Position numbers and translations under genes: made by a program
Source of the DNA: a virus
Taxonomy: Duplodnaviria > Heunggongvirae > Uroviricota > Caudoviricetes
IMG/VR virus record: IMGVR_UViG_2728369182_000007
DNA: 48,325 bases
Strand: one strand, 5' to 3'
Shown here: positions 20,243-30,310 of the stretch, one piece after another
Layout of the letters: every line of letters begins with the position of its first letter
How positions within the stretch are numbered: the stretch's first letter is position 1
The notes under the pieces: generated by a model
The model's database searches: none
What the model was told of the DNA's origin: nothing
The model's input: only the letters and a program-made list of their open reading frames with translations

Positions 20243-21460
20243 TTATTTGCCAGTGAGCGCCTTGATGGCTGCCACATCTTCCAGCACACAGTCAAAACGA
20301 TGGAAAGCCAGAAATGCCACCTGATCAAACTCAGCATAACGCTCAACCAGACGTTTCAGTTCCATATAAGTAACGCGGCGAATGATAAAGCGGTTGAAAT
20401 CCCCCAGGAAAATGAATTTTTTTCCGGTACCAATCCCGTCAATAGCCTGATCAATAACATAAGGGATCCCCAGCACAGTAGCCGGCGTACCGCCTGCAAT
20501 ATCCGGCAGCCATAACGGGCGTTTCTGTCCATCCTCCATCTCTTCAATAGTCTGCAATGTGGCATCATTGAATGCCCAGCGGTATTTCGGCCCACCACGA
20601 TATGCCGGATCAATGGCATGTTTCAGGGCATTCATTTCTTTCCAGGTGAAAGCGGCAGAGGCTGCAGTCTGGATGATTCCCGTCACCGACGCTGCCAGCC
20701 CTTTTGGCTGTAACGGTGATCCCGTTCCGGTCCCCTGAACCAGATATTTCGCCTCTCCACGACCAATACGCTGGGCAATACGGTTTGCCAGATAAGATTC
20801 AATATCCACCCCACTGTCCTGGAGCAGCTCATTGGACACACGAATTATTTTTGATGACAGCTTTTTAGCCCCCAGAATAGCGGTCCCGAACGTCACATCC
20901 TGTTCCGTTGCGGCTGTATTTTCCGCCAGCAGTTCGCCCTCTTCAGTCGTGCCATCAGACGTTGACCAGGTGATATCCTGCCCGGTTGATGTGGTCAGAA
21001 GTTGCGCAACACTGGCAATCCCGCCATAAGCCTTCATGGTGTCAATGATTTTGTTACGCATCTGCGTGGGCACCGTATATCCGCCCTGAGAATCCGTTGT
21101 TACACTCTGAGCCCGCAGTTCACGCATCAGATTACGCTCTTCAGCATTCAGTTCTGCAAATCCGGCACGCAGAAAACGGTTAAATGCCGCAGCGCGCTTC
21201 TCTTCCACCGCCTTTTTCCCGTTCTCCGCCTCATTATTCTGGCGCTCTTCCGGCCCGGACTCATCCACATATGCCTGATCCTGACGGCGCAACTCTTCTT
21301 CACGGGCGATTTGCTCATCCAGCGCATCCAGCTCAGCTTTCGCCCTGTTCCACTCTGCCCGTTGCTCATCAGTCCATGCGTTATCACCAATTTTTTCATG
21401 CAGTGCACGCATATCCTTTGCAATGGTGTTTCGTTTTTGCTTCATCTCATGAAGTTTCAT
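20243..21460 (-). CDS. major capsid protein, HK97 family
   Basis: 405 aa, acidic coiled N-terminal delta-like region then capsid fold-sized domain; follows protease and portal. Confidence 0.85.
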   Translation of the reverse strand: MKLHEMKQKRNTIAKDMRALHEKIGDNAWTDEQRAEWNRAKAELDALDEQIAREEELRRQDQAYVDESGPEERQNNEAENGKKAVEEKRAAAFNRFLRAGFAELNAEERNLMRELRAQSVTTDSQGGYTVPTQMRNKIIDTMKAYGGIASVAQLLTTSTGQDITWSTSDGTTEEGELLAENTAATEQDVTFGTAILGAKKLSSKIIRVSNELLQDSGVDIESYLANRIAQRIGRGEAKYLVQGTGTGSPLQPKGLAASVTGIIQTAASAAFTWKEMNALKHAIDPAYRGGPKYRWAFNDATLQTIEEMEDGQKRPLWLPDIAGGTPATVLGIPYVIDQAIDGIGTGKKFIFLGDFNRFIIRRVTYMELKRLVERYAEFDQVAFLAFHRFDCVLEDVAAIKALTGK

Positions 21461-21474
21461 CGTCAGTAGTATCC

Positions 21475-22074
21475 TTATGCATTAAGAAGGGTCAAAAGAC
21501 GCTCACGCGCCATTCGTTCGTTAACAGCTTTCTTCAGCGCACCACTCGCCCGCGCTTCCTGCCAGGCTTTCATTGAGCGGACACCAGAGTCTGCGTCCTG
21601 ATAGGCCGGATATGTCACCGGGCTGACGTCATACAGACGAGAAATGCGCGTGATTTCCCGGATAACAATCCCCTCGTCGTCTTCATACCAGCTCTCTCCA
21701 TCACGAGCGACGCGAAACGCGAACGAGGACTGATTAATGTCACCACGCAACATTGGTGACAGCACCAGGTCACAAATCGTCGGCGTATCCGGTGCAACAA
21801 TGTCGTAACGCAAACCACGTTCATCCACTGATAATGACAACGTGCCGGCAGAACTTCGTCCGAGAATGAAATTAGGATCATGATTAAACAATCCACGTAC
21901 ATCATCATTCAGCACGTCGTCAAAAGCCCCCGGCTTGATGATTTCACGAAATCCCCACAGAGGTTCTGAACGACTGTTAAATACCGAGCCATACCCCAAA
22001 ATATGAGTCGGGGCATTATCATATTGTTCTGCCCGCACTTCCCCGCTGTAACAGCGCGTTTCACGGTCATTCAT
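21475..22074 (-). CDS. prohead protease (HK97 family)
   Basis: ~200 aa ORF between portal and capsid; start placed at MNDRETR overlapping portal stop. Confidence 0.75.
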   Translation of the reverse strand: MNDRETRCYSGEVRAEQYDNAPTHILGYGSVFNSRSEPLWGFREIIKPGAFDDVLNDDVRGLFNHDPNFILGRSSAGTLSLSVDERGLRYDIVAPDTPTICDLVLSPMLRGDINQSSFAFRVARDGESWYEDDEGIVIREITRISRLYDVSPVTYPAYQDADSGVRSMKAWQEARASGALKKAVNERMARERLLTLLNA

Positions 22075-23293
22075 CGTTCTTTTCCTCTTTGCCTTTCGTA
22101 TCTTTAAAATCATTCAACGGATTTGCTGCATTTACGCTGACCAGCATTTCATCCAGACCATCAACCGGGTTCATGTCCTCAAATGCCCTCGCTTCATTCC
22201 GGCTCATCCAGCCATCTGTAATGGCAAAGTGATAAAACTGCGCACGCTCCTGTGGAGTCCCGCGGAGCAATCCTGTAAGGTTGAAACGAACGTAATACCC
22301 GGCAGCCCGTTCTGTGCGGGTAAACAGGCGACGGTTAAGCTCCTGCTCCCAGTTCGCAACCCAGGGCATCATCGTGTAGCGAACAAACTGAATCGCCTGC
22401 TGTGTAATATTCGAAAATGTGGCTTTTTCCAGGTCATTAATCATGTGCGCCGGGACATTAAAAATTCCGGCAATCATCGACCGGTTCAGCTTGGTCATAT
22501 CAATGATCTGAGCATCCACCGGAGAAACTGTCAGGGCACGGTAATCCAGTTGCGCAGGCAGCAGCATGGTTTTATTTTCCTGACTGCGAAGCGCTGTCAC
22601 CGCCCGCTGCCACATATTCTTGAGCCTGCTCCAACTCTGTTCGTTCAGTTCATTTTTCACAGAAATAATCCCGGCAGGACGGGCATTACCGTTAAAAAAA
22701 GCACTGGTATACTGCTGACCACTCATTCCCATACCAATGGTTTCAGCATGCTGCATGATCGGACTCAGTCCCATTTTCTGATTGTTTCCCAGCGCCCTGA
22801 TATGGATCATGTCGTCCGGACTTACCGCAAATGCACCCTCTTCGTTATACACACCGTAGGTATGACGCCCTCCAGTGTTAAGTAACGTGGTTTCCCATGG
22901 CATACAGCATTCAAGACTGGTAACCTCGCCACGACGATTACGTTTCACCCACGTATAACCATTGCCCCACCCCAGCACATGACGCTGCTTCAGTTCCCGC
23001 CACTTATAGCTGGTCTGCCAGGCATTCGGTTCATCATGAACGAGCCAGAACAACGGGTGATCGCGTGCCGGCTGAACATGCTCATTCGTTTTTCGCATCA
23101 CATGCAGGGGCATCTGAGCCACACTGGATGAAATAACATAAATACAGGCATAGACAGCAGCCAGCCTCATGGACGTTTCCGGACTGACATACACATCCCG
23201 GGCAAAAATATTATCCGTCTCAGCGGCCTCTCCGGTTACCGGAACCGAGGGATTTTCCAGAGGCTCACTGCGAAACAGAGCATCAAGAAGCAT
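22067..23293 (-). CDS. portal protein (HK97 family)
   Basis: 408 aa ORF downstream of large terminase. Confidence 0.8.
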   Translation of the reverse strand: MLLDALFRSEPLENPSVPVTGEAAETDNIFARDVYVSPETSMRLAAVYACIYVISSSVAQMPLHVMRKTNEHVQPARDHPLFWLVHDEPNAWQTSYKWRELKQRHVLGWGNGYTWVKRNRRGEVTSLECCMPWETTLLNTGGRHTYGVYNEEGAFAVSPDDMIHIRALGNNQKMGLSPIMQHAETIGMGMSGQQYTSAFFNGNARPAGIISVKNELNEQSWSRLKNMWQRAVTALRSQENKTMLLPAQLDYRALTVSPVDAQIIDMTKLNRSMIAGIFNVPAHMINDLEKATFSNITQQAIQFVRYTMMPWVANWEQELNRRLFTRTERAAGYYVRFNLTGLLRGTPQERAQFYHFAITDGWMSRNEARAFEDMNPVDGLDEMLVSVNAANPLNDFKDTKGKEEKNDE

Positions 23294-23423
23294 GTTTTCT
23301 CCTCATGGACACCACCAGTGCATAAAGCAGCAACAAACAGCCAGACAGCATCAGAGACGCTGGCAGACCTGCATACAGATAAACGCCAGCAGTGAGCAGA
23401 CCGAAACCGATCAGCCCGGTCAT
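23283..23423 (-). CDS. possible small hydrophobic protein (46 aa) between terminase and portal
   Basis: ATG at 23421-23423, translation MTGLIGFGLLTAGVYLYAGLPASLMLSGCLLLLYALVVSMRRKHAS; below ORF-track cutoff, not verified. Confidence 0.25.
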   Translation of the reverse strand: MTGLIGFGLLTAGVYLYAGLPASLMLSGCLLLLYALVVSMRRKHAS

Positions 23424-23440
23424 ATCAGTAATAAGCTGTT

Positions 23441-25198
23441 TCACAGAATTAACAGGTCCTCATCAGGATCAAGCGTGGACAGAAAGTCATTCACGCCCCC
23501 GCCATTTACCAGAAAGCGGCTCATGGCTGTAAAAAGCGCAACAGGGCCGTCGATTTTGGCTTCCGGCGTGGATTTATTCGGGAAGATGTTGTCGTTTTTG
23601 TCCGGTTTTACAGTAACGTTAGACATCATCCAGTTCATGACCGGATGATTGCTGTGATGGAAACGCCCGGCATAAACCAGTGATTCCGTTTCCTTCATGG
23701 CCTCTGACAGATTGCGGACCGTCTGCGGAACCTCCACCAGCGGTATCCCTTCTTCAGCCAGTGCCAGACTGAACTGCATTGCGCTCCACGGGTCAAATCC
23801 CAGTTCCCTGAGGTTTTCACCGCCAATCCATTCCAGTAAGTCACTTTTTATCTGAGCATGATCGATAACATCACCATCCGTCAGGATGAGCTTATCCATC
23901 TCCGCCCACTTCCGGTAAAGTTCTGCCTGCTGCCGCGAGCATCGTTCCAGCCGTCCTTCCGGAAGCCAGAATTTAAAATCAGCATGAACATGTCCGTTAT
24001 CGGTTCGCCAGAGTTTTGCCGCCGCACAGATATCAATCTTATGAGCAAGGTCGACGCCGACCCACATGGGATATGTTTTCAGCTCATGTTGTGGAGCAAT
24101 GTATTCGCACTTCTCCCACTTAATCATATCCATCCAGGCAGATTCGGCAGTGACCCACACATTCATGTGTTTGGTAAAAAAATTCACCCGCGCAGAGACC
24201 TGCTCCTTCGCTTTTTTCGCCAGACGACGCAGATCATCCCAGCGTTTACAGATGCCCAGGCCAGGATTCGCTTTCTGCCAGACCGTTTCATCAAACGGAT
24301 CATCTCCCTCATCGAGCGTGTAAATGATCGCAAAGTAAGAGTCGTCTTTTACAGCGCCCTCCACGTCGCTGTTATAGCCTCGCAATACCTTGATGGCGTA
24401 ATCACGCTGCTCGTAACAAATCCCTTCCTTGTTAAAGCCAGCCGTGGTGATACCAAATAACAGGGACTGCAGACGGGCACCGGTTGCCGTTTCCAGAACG
24501 TCCCACACGTCGCGGGTTTTATGTGCATGCAGCTCATCAATAATGGCGCAGTGGATGTTCAGACCGTCCAGGTTGTTTGCATCCGAGGAAAGCGGTTCAA
24601 ATTTTGATGCGCTCTGCTCCTGGTAAATCGCCAGCTTGTTGAAATCAAACAACCGCCCGAGTGTCGACCGGGCTTTTCTGACCATATTTTTGGCGTCTTC
24701 AAACACGATTCTGGCCTGGTCACGCGTGGTTGCGGCTGAATACACCTCAGCTCCGCCTTCACTATCTGCCCCCGTCATATACAGGCCGATACCCGATGAC
24801 AGGGTTGATTTTGCGTTTTTACGGGCGACTTCGTTGTACGCCGTCCGGAACCGGCGCACCATCACCGGACGTCCGCTGCCATCGCTGCGCATGACAACTT
24901 CCCCGGTTTCTTCATTGACCAGCGGAATGACAAAACCAAAAATATTAATGAGGATAAATACATGCCAGTCCATCAACTCAATGGGCTGGCCTGCCAGTGC
25001 CCCTTTTACATGAGGCACAAATTTGTAGAAATTCAGGATGTGCTGCGCACGGGGTTCACTGAAATAAATCCCCCGCTTTTCGCCGTACTTCAGATCATCA
25101 AGAAAACGCTGGCAGGCCAGGCGGACAAATTCGCCAGCAACAATTTCTCCTGCAACAACACGTTCGGCGTAGCGGATCCCGTCAGCCACTTTTGCCAT
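23441..25198 (-). CDS. terminase large subunit
   Basis: 585 aa, ATPase N-terminal and nuclease C-terminal regions; directly downstream of small subunit. Confidence 0.9.
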   Translation of the reverse strand: MAKVADGIRYAERVVAGEIVAGEFVRLACQRFLDDLKYGEKRGIYFSEPRAQHILNFYKFVPHVKGALAGQPIELMDWHVFILINIFGFVIPLVNEETGEVVMRSDGSGRPVMVRRFRTAYNEVARKNAKSTLSSGIGLYMTGADSEGGAEVYSAATTRDQARIVFEDAKNMVRKARSTLGRLFDFNKLAIYQEQSASKFEPLSSDANNLDGLNIHCAIIDELHAHKTRDVWDVLETATGARLQSLLFGITTAGFNKEGICYEQRDYAIKVLRGYNSDVEGAVKDDSYFAIIYTLDEGDDPFDETVWQKANPGLGICKRWDDLRRLAKKAKEQVSARVNFFTKHMNVWVTAESAWMDMIKWEKCEYIAPQHELKTYPMWVGVDLAHKIDICAAAKLWRTDNGHVHADFKFWLPEGRLERCSRQQAELYRKWAEMDKLILTDGDVIDHAQIKSDLLEWIGGENLRELGFDPWSAMQFSLALAEEGIPLVEVPQTVRNLSEAMKETESLVYAGRFHHSNHPVMNWMMSNVTVKPDKNDNIFPNKSTPEAKIDGPVALFTAMSRFLVNGGGVNDFLSTLDPDEDLLIL

Positions 25199-25680
25199 CA
25201 GTCTCTCGCTTTTAAAAGCTCTGCCAGCGGATCAACATTATCCGGTCCGGCGGTATTTACTTTTGCCCGGCTTGCCGGTGACATACCAAATTCTGCAAGC
25301 ATCGCCCGGATCCGCTTCCAGGCATCCGCTTTCATCGCAGCAGCCGGGTGTGCCTTAATCAGCACATCACCGTTCTGCGTTTCCGAGCGGTAGGTGTACC
25401 CCTCAACATCGAGTGTTTCGCAGTGATGCCGGTATTCGGTATAGGCTTCCACCAGTAGCTCAAGCGCACGCGCATCAAGCTGAGAAATGATCCCTTCCGC
25501 ATTCAGCTCTTCCGCCATTCGCCTGAACCAGTACTTCCCCTGCGCCCCTAAATGTTGCGGAATTTTAGGGAGACCTTTTTCATCCTTTTTAGCGGTTTTT
25601 TTGAGGTCTTTAACTGGCCGCTTTGAGGGGTTGCCTCGTATCAAATGCAGGCGTGGCGGGGTTTTCGGGGGTCCAGACAT
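25198..25680 (-). CDS. terminase small subunit (P27-like)
   Basis: 160 aa basic N-terminus; immediately upstream of large terminase. Confidence 0.7.
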   Translation of the reverse strand: MSGPPKTPPRLHLIRGNPSKRPVKDLKKTAKKDEKGLPKIPQHLGAQGKYWFRRMAEELNAEGIISQLDARALELLVEAYTEYRHHCETLDVEGYTYRSETQNGDVLIKAHPAAAMKADAWKRIRAMLAEFGMSPASRAKVNTAGPDNVDPLAELLKARD

Positions 25681-25827
25681 AATCGGTTTTACCTATCAAT
25701 CATTTAATCACATTCCAAAAAAAAGTTTTCGAACCTGCGGCGATGCGAGGAAAGGTCAGGCGGCGGTACTGAGCAGCCAGGGTTGCAGAGATTTGACCCG
25801 CCCCTCCCCTACAGATGGGAACTGTTA
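25681..25827. other. candidate cos / packaging site region
   Basis: Non-coding interval between HNH endonuclease and small terminase, the canonical cos location in HK97-like phages; exact site not resolved. Confidence 0.3.
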
Positions 25828-26178
25828 TCAATTGATGCGTTCGCGCGCTGTTTTTGCTTTATGACAGGGCCAGCACAGACTCTGCAGGTTACTGTCTGCA
25901 TCCGTGCCACCATGAGCTTTCGGAATGATGTGGTCCACAGTTCTGGCTTCAACGGCTCTCCCATTGCGCAGGCAGTTCTGACACAGATGATTATCACGCT
26001 TCAGTATGCGCGCACGTATGGCATCCCATTTCGAGCCATAGCCACGCTGGTGGCGGCTCAGTCCGCGTTGATGCTGTACCCATCCTTCGCCACGATGTTT
26101 ATCGCAGTAACCAGAACTGTCTGTGGTTGTACCTACACATCCACGCTTACGGCAGGCGCGTGGGATTCGTGATGGCAT
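25828..26178 (-). CDS. HNH endonuclease
   Basis: 116 aa with Cys-rich N-terminus and ...VDHIIPKAHGGTDADSNLQSLCWPCH... HNH motif. Confidence 0.8.
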   Translation of the reverse strand: MPSRIPRACRKRGCVGTTTDSSGYCDKHRGEGWVQHQRGLSRHQRGYGSKWDAIRARILKRDNHLCQNCLRNGRAVEARTVDHIIPKAHGGTDADSNLQSLCWPCHKAKTARERIN

Positions 26179-26220
26179 AAATACCTCATACCCTGCGAAA
26201 TGTTTACCACGATAAAAAGG

Positions 26221-26700
26221 CTACTTAATGCACTGAGTGCGGATATACTCCTGTGCCCCTTCCAGTTGCATCTGCATCGTCATCAGCCGCTCTCTGAGGG
26301 TGAAATAATCCCGTTCAGCGGTGTCTGCCAGTCGGGGGCTGGTTGCATTATCCACGCCGGAGGCGGTGGTGGCTTCACGCACTGACTGACAGACTGCTTT
26401 GATGTGCAACCGACGACGACCAGCGGCAACATCAGCGCGCAGAGTTTCATTTTCAGCTTTCGCATTGGCTAATTCTCTCGAGTACTTTGCATCGAGCGCA
26501 GCAACATCACGCTGACGCTGCTGCATGTCAGCGATGGTGGCGATCGCCTGCTTCAGCTCACTGACTTTTTTATCACGCTGTTCTTTGTAGGCGATGGCGT
26601 TATCACGGTAATGATTGACCGCCCACGACAGGCAGACGATGATGCAAATAACCAGAGCATAAATAATCGCGGCGACTCTGCTCACTGATCTATCCCCCAA
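26221..26700 (-). CDS. Rz: i-spanin Rz
   Basis: 159 aa, N-terminal TM then coiled coil; contains embedded Rz1. Confidence 0.8.
   Translation of the reverse strand: MGDRSVSRVAAIIYALVICIIVCLSWAVNHYRDNAIAYKEQRDKKVSELKQAIATIADMQQRQRDVAALDAKYSRELANAKAENETLRADVAAGRRRLHIKAVCQSVREATTASGVDNATSPRLADTAERDYFTLRERLMTMQMQLEGAQEYIRTQCIK
26283..26465 (-). CDS. Rz1: o-spanin Rz1 (lipoprotein embedded in Rz)
   Basis: 60 aa, lipobox LVVVGC, proline-rich PPPPPAW. Confidence 0.75.
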   Translation of the reverse strand: MRKLKMKLCALMLPLVVVGCTSKQSVSQCVKPPPPPAWIMQPAPDWQTPLNGIISPSESG

Positions 26701-27215
26701 CAGGCTAATGCGCTTTCCTGGTCACGACGAATAACCTGTCCATAGCAGTTATTTGAACGTATGCGGCAATCGCGCCCACCATCTTTTATCCACCAGCGAA
26801 TCGCCTCGCATGCGCCCTTACGATCACCGGCATTCAGCCGCTTATAAAACGTCGACGGAAAACACTTACCGGGGCCAATGTTATAGGGACAGAATGACGC
26901 GATACCCGCTTTTTGTGGTTCGGTCATTGGTACTTTAATATTGCGCTCCACCCATGCCAGCGCCTTATCACGCTCAATGGCGTTGACCTGGTCGCATTTT
27001 TCCTTCGACAGTTTCATACCGGGAAAAACGGGTTTTCCATCCACCATCGTGGCACCCCGACAGATGGTCCAGATGCCGGCCCCATCGCGGTATGCCGTTG
27101 TGTGGTTACCTTCTTTTTCATCCAGAAACTGGTCAAGTATTTGAGGAGCAGACGCACCTGCAGCAATCAGCGCCAGAACCGCAGCTGACAGGCCGTATTT
27201 GATTTTTGCGCTCAT
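26682..27215 (-). CDS. R: SAR-endolysin (lysozyme, phage 21 R-type)
   Basis: 177 aa with weakly hydrophobic Ala/Gly-rich N-terminal signal-anchor-release segment followed by lysozyme-like domain; paired with pinholin. Confidence 0.8.
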   Translation of the reverse strand: MSAKIKYGLSAAVLALIAAGASAPQILDQFLDEKEGNHTTAYRDGAGIWTICRGATMVDGKPVFPGMKLSKEKCDQVNAIERDKALAWVERNIKVPMTEPQKAGIASFCPYNIGPGKCFPSTFYKRLNAGDRKGACEAIRWWIKDGGRDCRIRSNNCYGQVIRRDQESALACWGIDQ

Positions 27216-27270
27216 GGATATTTATCAGGATGCTACCAATGAAAGATACTGGAAAGCCAACTGCAAAAAG

Positions 27271-27585
27271 CTAACAACCTGTAATCGAGTTATCAGAACT
27301 GTTAATTTTTATGGTATACCGCGCCTCTGAACAGGGGCGCGTTTCTGGCAACAGCTCGTCCCCTTCACATAACCCGGCAGCAACATCCAGGAAGACCTGT
27401 CTGATGCTCCTTCTGGCTGCTGCCTCATAAAACTCCAGCGCTGCACCTTCAACACGGTCCAGCGAGATGTCCAGGTCAAAAATTTCACCGTCAAAGCGTT
27501 TTTTGTCCCGTAACGCTAAAGTTACCGTAACTTTATTCTCAAAATTGCGGATCCCTTTCACAATCAGTTCATAGTTTTGAGTCAT
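27271..27585 (-). CDS. hypothetical protein (104 aa) inserted between holin and endolysin
   Basis: ORF; N-terminal ~100 aa homologous to the 297-aa protein at 35900-36793. Confidence 0.55.
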   Translation of the reverse strand: MTQNYELIVKGIRNFENKVTVTLALRDKKRFDGEIFDLDISLDRVEGAALEFYEAAARRSIRQVFLDVAAGLCEGDELLPETRPCSEARYTIKINSSDNSITGC

Positions 27586-27589
27586 TGAA

Positions 27590-27805
27590 TTACTCTCCCC
27601 GTGCAGCCTTACGCTTGTCTTCTCTGATTTTGAAGTACAGATTTGTCAGATAAGTCAGGAAGCCCAGAACCAGACTCCCCAGAACACCAATCGCAGCCCA
27701 CTGTGACGGACTGACCTGATCAAGCCACTGTAAAAACCAGTAGCCAGCACTGCCTGCGGAGGTGCCGTAGGCAATGCCCGTTGAAATTTTGTCCATGGAT
27801 TTCAT
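27590..27805 (-). CDS. S: pinholin (S21-like), dual-start MKSM
   Basis: 71 aa [71 protein letters not shown], matches phage 21 pinholin as recalled. Confidence 0.85.
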   Translation of the reverse strand: MKSMDKISTGIAYGTSAGSAGYWFLQWLDQVSPSQWAAIGVLGSLVLGFLTYLTNLYFKIREDKRKAARGE

Positions 27806-27865
27806 AGCCTCACCTCCGCAAATAACGGATGGCGTAGTTTTACACTGAGAAATGAAAGGGATTTG

Positions 27866-27890
27866 AAAAGAAAAACCCGCAAAAGCGGGC
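27866..27890 (-). terminator. terminator-like hairpin upstream of holin
   Basis: CCCGC-AAAA-GCGGG stem followed by U-tract on minus strand. Confidence 0.4.
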
Positions 27891-28097
27891 GAAACGATAT
27901 ATACAGAAAGGAAAGCACTCTATCCAACAAACCACCCACAGTTGATCGGAATAAAAGCAGAGTGCTTATGAATGATCGCCTGCCCGAAGGTTAGTATTTC
28001 TGCACAGCAATTTTGCAAAAAAAGGCGATCATTCATAACTTAAACGTCTTTCAGTCACTCCGGGATTTCCCATCATCGCAGACTGAAAGACTCTGAC

Positions 28098-28172
<75 letters not shown>

Positions 28173-28175
28173 ATA

Positions 28176-28251
<76 letters not shown>

Positions 28252-28253
28252 AC

Positions 28254-28330
28254 TGGACCGCCACCGGGGACTCGAACCTCGCACTCTCAACTTAAAGGGT
28301 TGACGCTCTTTCCTGATGAGCTAGTGGCGG
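28254..28330 (-). tRNA. tRNA-like gene with anticodon loop CCUUUAA (apparent anticodon UUU, C33)
   Basis: Manual fold: acceptor CCGCCAC/GTGGCGG, D-arm, anticodon stem TCAAC/GTTGA, T-loop TTCGAGT, CCA; non-canonical C at position 33. Confidence 0.5.
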
Positions 28331-28331
28331 T

Positions 28332-28407
28332 TGGTGGCCCTTGCTGGATTTGAACCAGCGACCTGGCGATTATGAGTCGCTCGCTCTCACCACTGAGCTA
28401 AAGGGCC
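28332..28407 (-). tRNA. ileZ: tRNA-Ile2 (anticodon CAU, ileX/ileZ-like)
   Basis: Manual fold; sequence GGCCCTTTAGCTCAGTGGTGAGAGCGAGCGACTCATAATCGCCAGGTCGCTGGTTCAAATCCAGCAAGGGCCACCA closely resembles E. coli ileX as recalled. Confidence 0.75.
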
Positions 28408-28529
28408 ATATGCGGAATAATACTTATGCCAGTTTAGCTCTGCAATACCCTACCCTGATTAAATCCTGCATATTGGCCTACACATGATAAAAGAATCTGA
28501 GCGGTCAACAGAAAGTTACTCAGGCAATA

Positions 28530-29249
28530 TTAACGAACTCTGACTACATTAATTTCAAAGTCATCAATCTGCCCGCTATTAAGTATAACGAATGCAGAAC
28601 TCCCATTACTGTACGATTTCGATAAAACCAGACGATCATCATAGCGTGCAAGAACGTAATACCAAGTATTCTCATAGTGGATCGTCTGATATTCCCTCTT
28701 AAACTGGGGTTTATACCAACCGGCAATAAGAGAGAATGTCCAGAAATAAATCATGAATCCAGCCATAATAAACTCAATTCGGTGATGGCGAATAAAAGAC
28801 ACTTCCGAAAAACATTTGACTGAAATAAGTCTTCTTCCTGACCTGACAAAAAGCGTAATTGTAAAGGCAGCAATAACACAAAAAAACAGCACATCTGGCT
28901 CAACGTGCTGATGAATTACCGAAAACTCCAGAACAGGCGGAATAAAAAGCAGCAATATTGCCAGAAAAAGTCTGATAAAACTCAAATTCTGTATATTGTT
29001 TTTTTGTTTTATGCCTAAAAAGAAAACAATACCTACTCCCCATCCAGTAAGGAATATAACGATAACGCTCACAGCATAAAACAAACTTCGGGCCACATCA
29101 TCAACGCCAACCCCGACGATCCACCATGGAAAGCCATAGTAAAAGGAAGTCCCCCATCCATAGAAATAAGCGCTTCCCCATCCAAGACAGCCCATATAAG
29201 CAATAAAAAGTGAAGAGTTCCTCAGCAGAGTGCTGTCATCCATACCCAT
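28530..29249 (-). CDS. AT-rich polytopic membrane protein of unknown function (239 aa), cargo gene between tR' and tRNA cluster
   Basis: ORF with 4-5 predicted TM segments rich in W/Y/F/G; local GC visibly lower than flanks; no family recognised. Confidence 0.55.
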   Translation of the reverse strand: MGMDDSTLLRNSSLFIAYMGCLGWGSAYFYGWGTSFYYGFPWWIVGVGVDDVARSLFYAVSVIVIFLTGWGVGIVFFLGIKQKNNIQNLSFIRLFLAILLLFIPPVLEFSVIHQHVEPDVLFFCVIAAFTITLFVRSGRRLISVKCFSEVSFIRHHRIEFIMAGFMIYFWTFSLIAGWYKPQFKREYQTIHYENTWYYVLARYDDRLVLSKSYSNGSSAFVILNSGQIDDFEINVVRVR

Positions 29250-29382
29250 CTCTCTAACAATTTTAAAACATCAACTCATCTTACATAACAAAGGAGATTC
29301 CATGCAGTCAAGAGACTTCAGAGCAGGAGAAACTCATTGCGCAATCGCCATCACGTTTAACGTTATGCACCGCTTTCCAGAT

Positions 29383-29408
29383 ATAAAAAACCCGCTCGAT
29401 GGCGGGCT
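29383..29408 (-). terminator. late terminator tR' downstream of Q
   Basis: CCCGC-TCGAT-GGCGGG hairpin followed by T6 on minus strand, ~85 bp downstream of Q stop. Confidence 0.65.
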
Positions 29409-29439
29409 GTAAAAATCCTTCTAACGTCAGGCATAAAAC

Positions 29440-29480
29440 GCCCATCGTTAGAGCAAATTTACCACAGATTCGGGAAAAAT
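29440..29480 (-). promoter_or_regulatory. candidate late promoter pR' / qut region
   Basis: Minus-strand TTGATT ... 16 nt ... TAAATT between Q stop and tR'; would make a short 6S-like transcript. Confidence 0.3.
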
Positions 29481-29488
29481 CAACAACA

Positions 29489-30310
29489 CTATCGCGTTAC
29501 CCTCTTTAACTGCCGCTCCGCCCATGCCTCTTCAATGTCAAACCGAACCACCAACGTATCGTAAAAGCGTTTCACTGATTTTTTCCACGTATCAAGCGTG
29601 ATAGCACTCGTCACTTTGCGTATGGCATTAAATGCCTCCGTTGATGGTAGTCTTTCATAGCCCCGACCGCCACAACGCTGGCAGTTCCTGATTACAGGCA
29701 TACCCCGTTTTTCCGACTCTTCACGATGAATGGCAACACCACGCCCACGGCAGTCTTTACAGGCAGTGGAAATCTCCCCCTTCCCTTTACATTCAGGACA
29801 AGAAACTTTCACCACCTCCCGGATTTTTTTCCATTCTTCCCAGTAAGACGGATACACACCTTTCGTACACTTTGCCCATACTGGCGGCTTGCCATCCGGA
29901 TACTGAACCTTGTTTGTAAAAACTTCGCTTTCAATAAATTTTTCCCCTCGGCAACAGGGGCACTGCTTTTTACTCGCTGCGCTGCGGGCATAATCCTCAA
30001 AAGCATACGAAGCCATAATGCGCATCACTGCCGGTTTTATTTCTGCCGGAAGTTTTCTTAACGCCGCCACGCGATCGCACTGACTTAATGCATAATCTGC
30101 CAGTAATTCTGTTGCCCGCGCCCTGTCATTCATACTAATACCCATTTTCCCCAGGAACGCAGAAAATCCCATCTCAGCCCGGTTTTGTGTCATACCCTGC
30201 GCAGCCATCACATCAGTGATGCTCAGCGCATCTTTTGACGTCGAGACGGATGCATCAGTCAGGCCTGGCGATTTTGGGGAATAGTATTTCGGTAAATCTT
30301 CCAGTCTCAT
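29489..30310 (-). CDS. late antiterminator Q-like protein
   Basis: 273 aa with multiple CxxC zinc-binding pairs, directly upstream of pR'/tR' and downstream of rusA as in DLP12/Qin prophages. Confidence 0.75.
   Translation of the reverse strand: MRLEDLPKYYSPKSPGLTDASVSTSKDALSITDVMAAQGMTQNRAEMGFSAFLGKMGISMNDRARATELLADYALSQCDRVAALRKLPAEIKPAVMRIMASYAFEDYARSAASKKQCPCCRGEKFIESEVFTNKVQYPDGKPPVWAKCTKGVYPSYWEEWKKIREVVKVSCPECKGKGEISTACKDCRGRGVAIHREESEKRGMPVIRNCQRCGGRGYERLPSTEAFNAIRKVTSAITLDTWKKSVKRFYDTLVVRFDIEEAWAERQLKRVTR

Noticed and set aside
29230-29412. Plus-strand ORF with an AAGGAG RBS at 29302 overlapping tR'
   Set aside because: Only about 36 aa from the RBS-supported ATG, runs through the terminator hairpin, and lies antisense to the late promoter region; probably fortuitous
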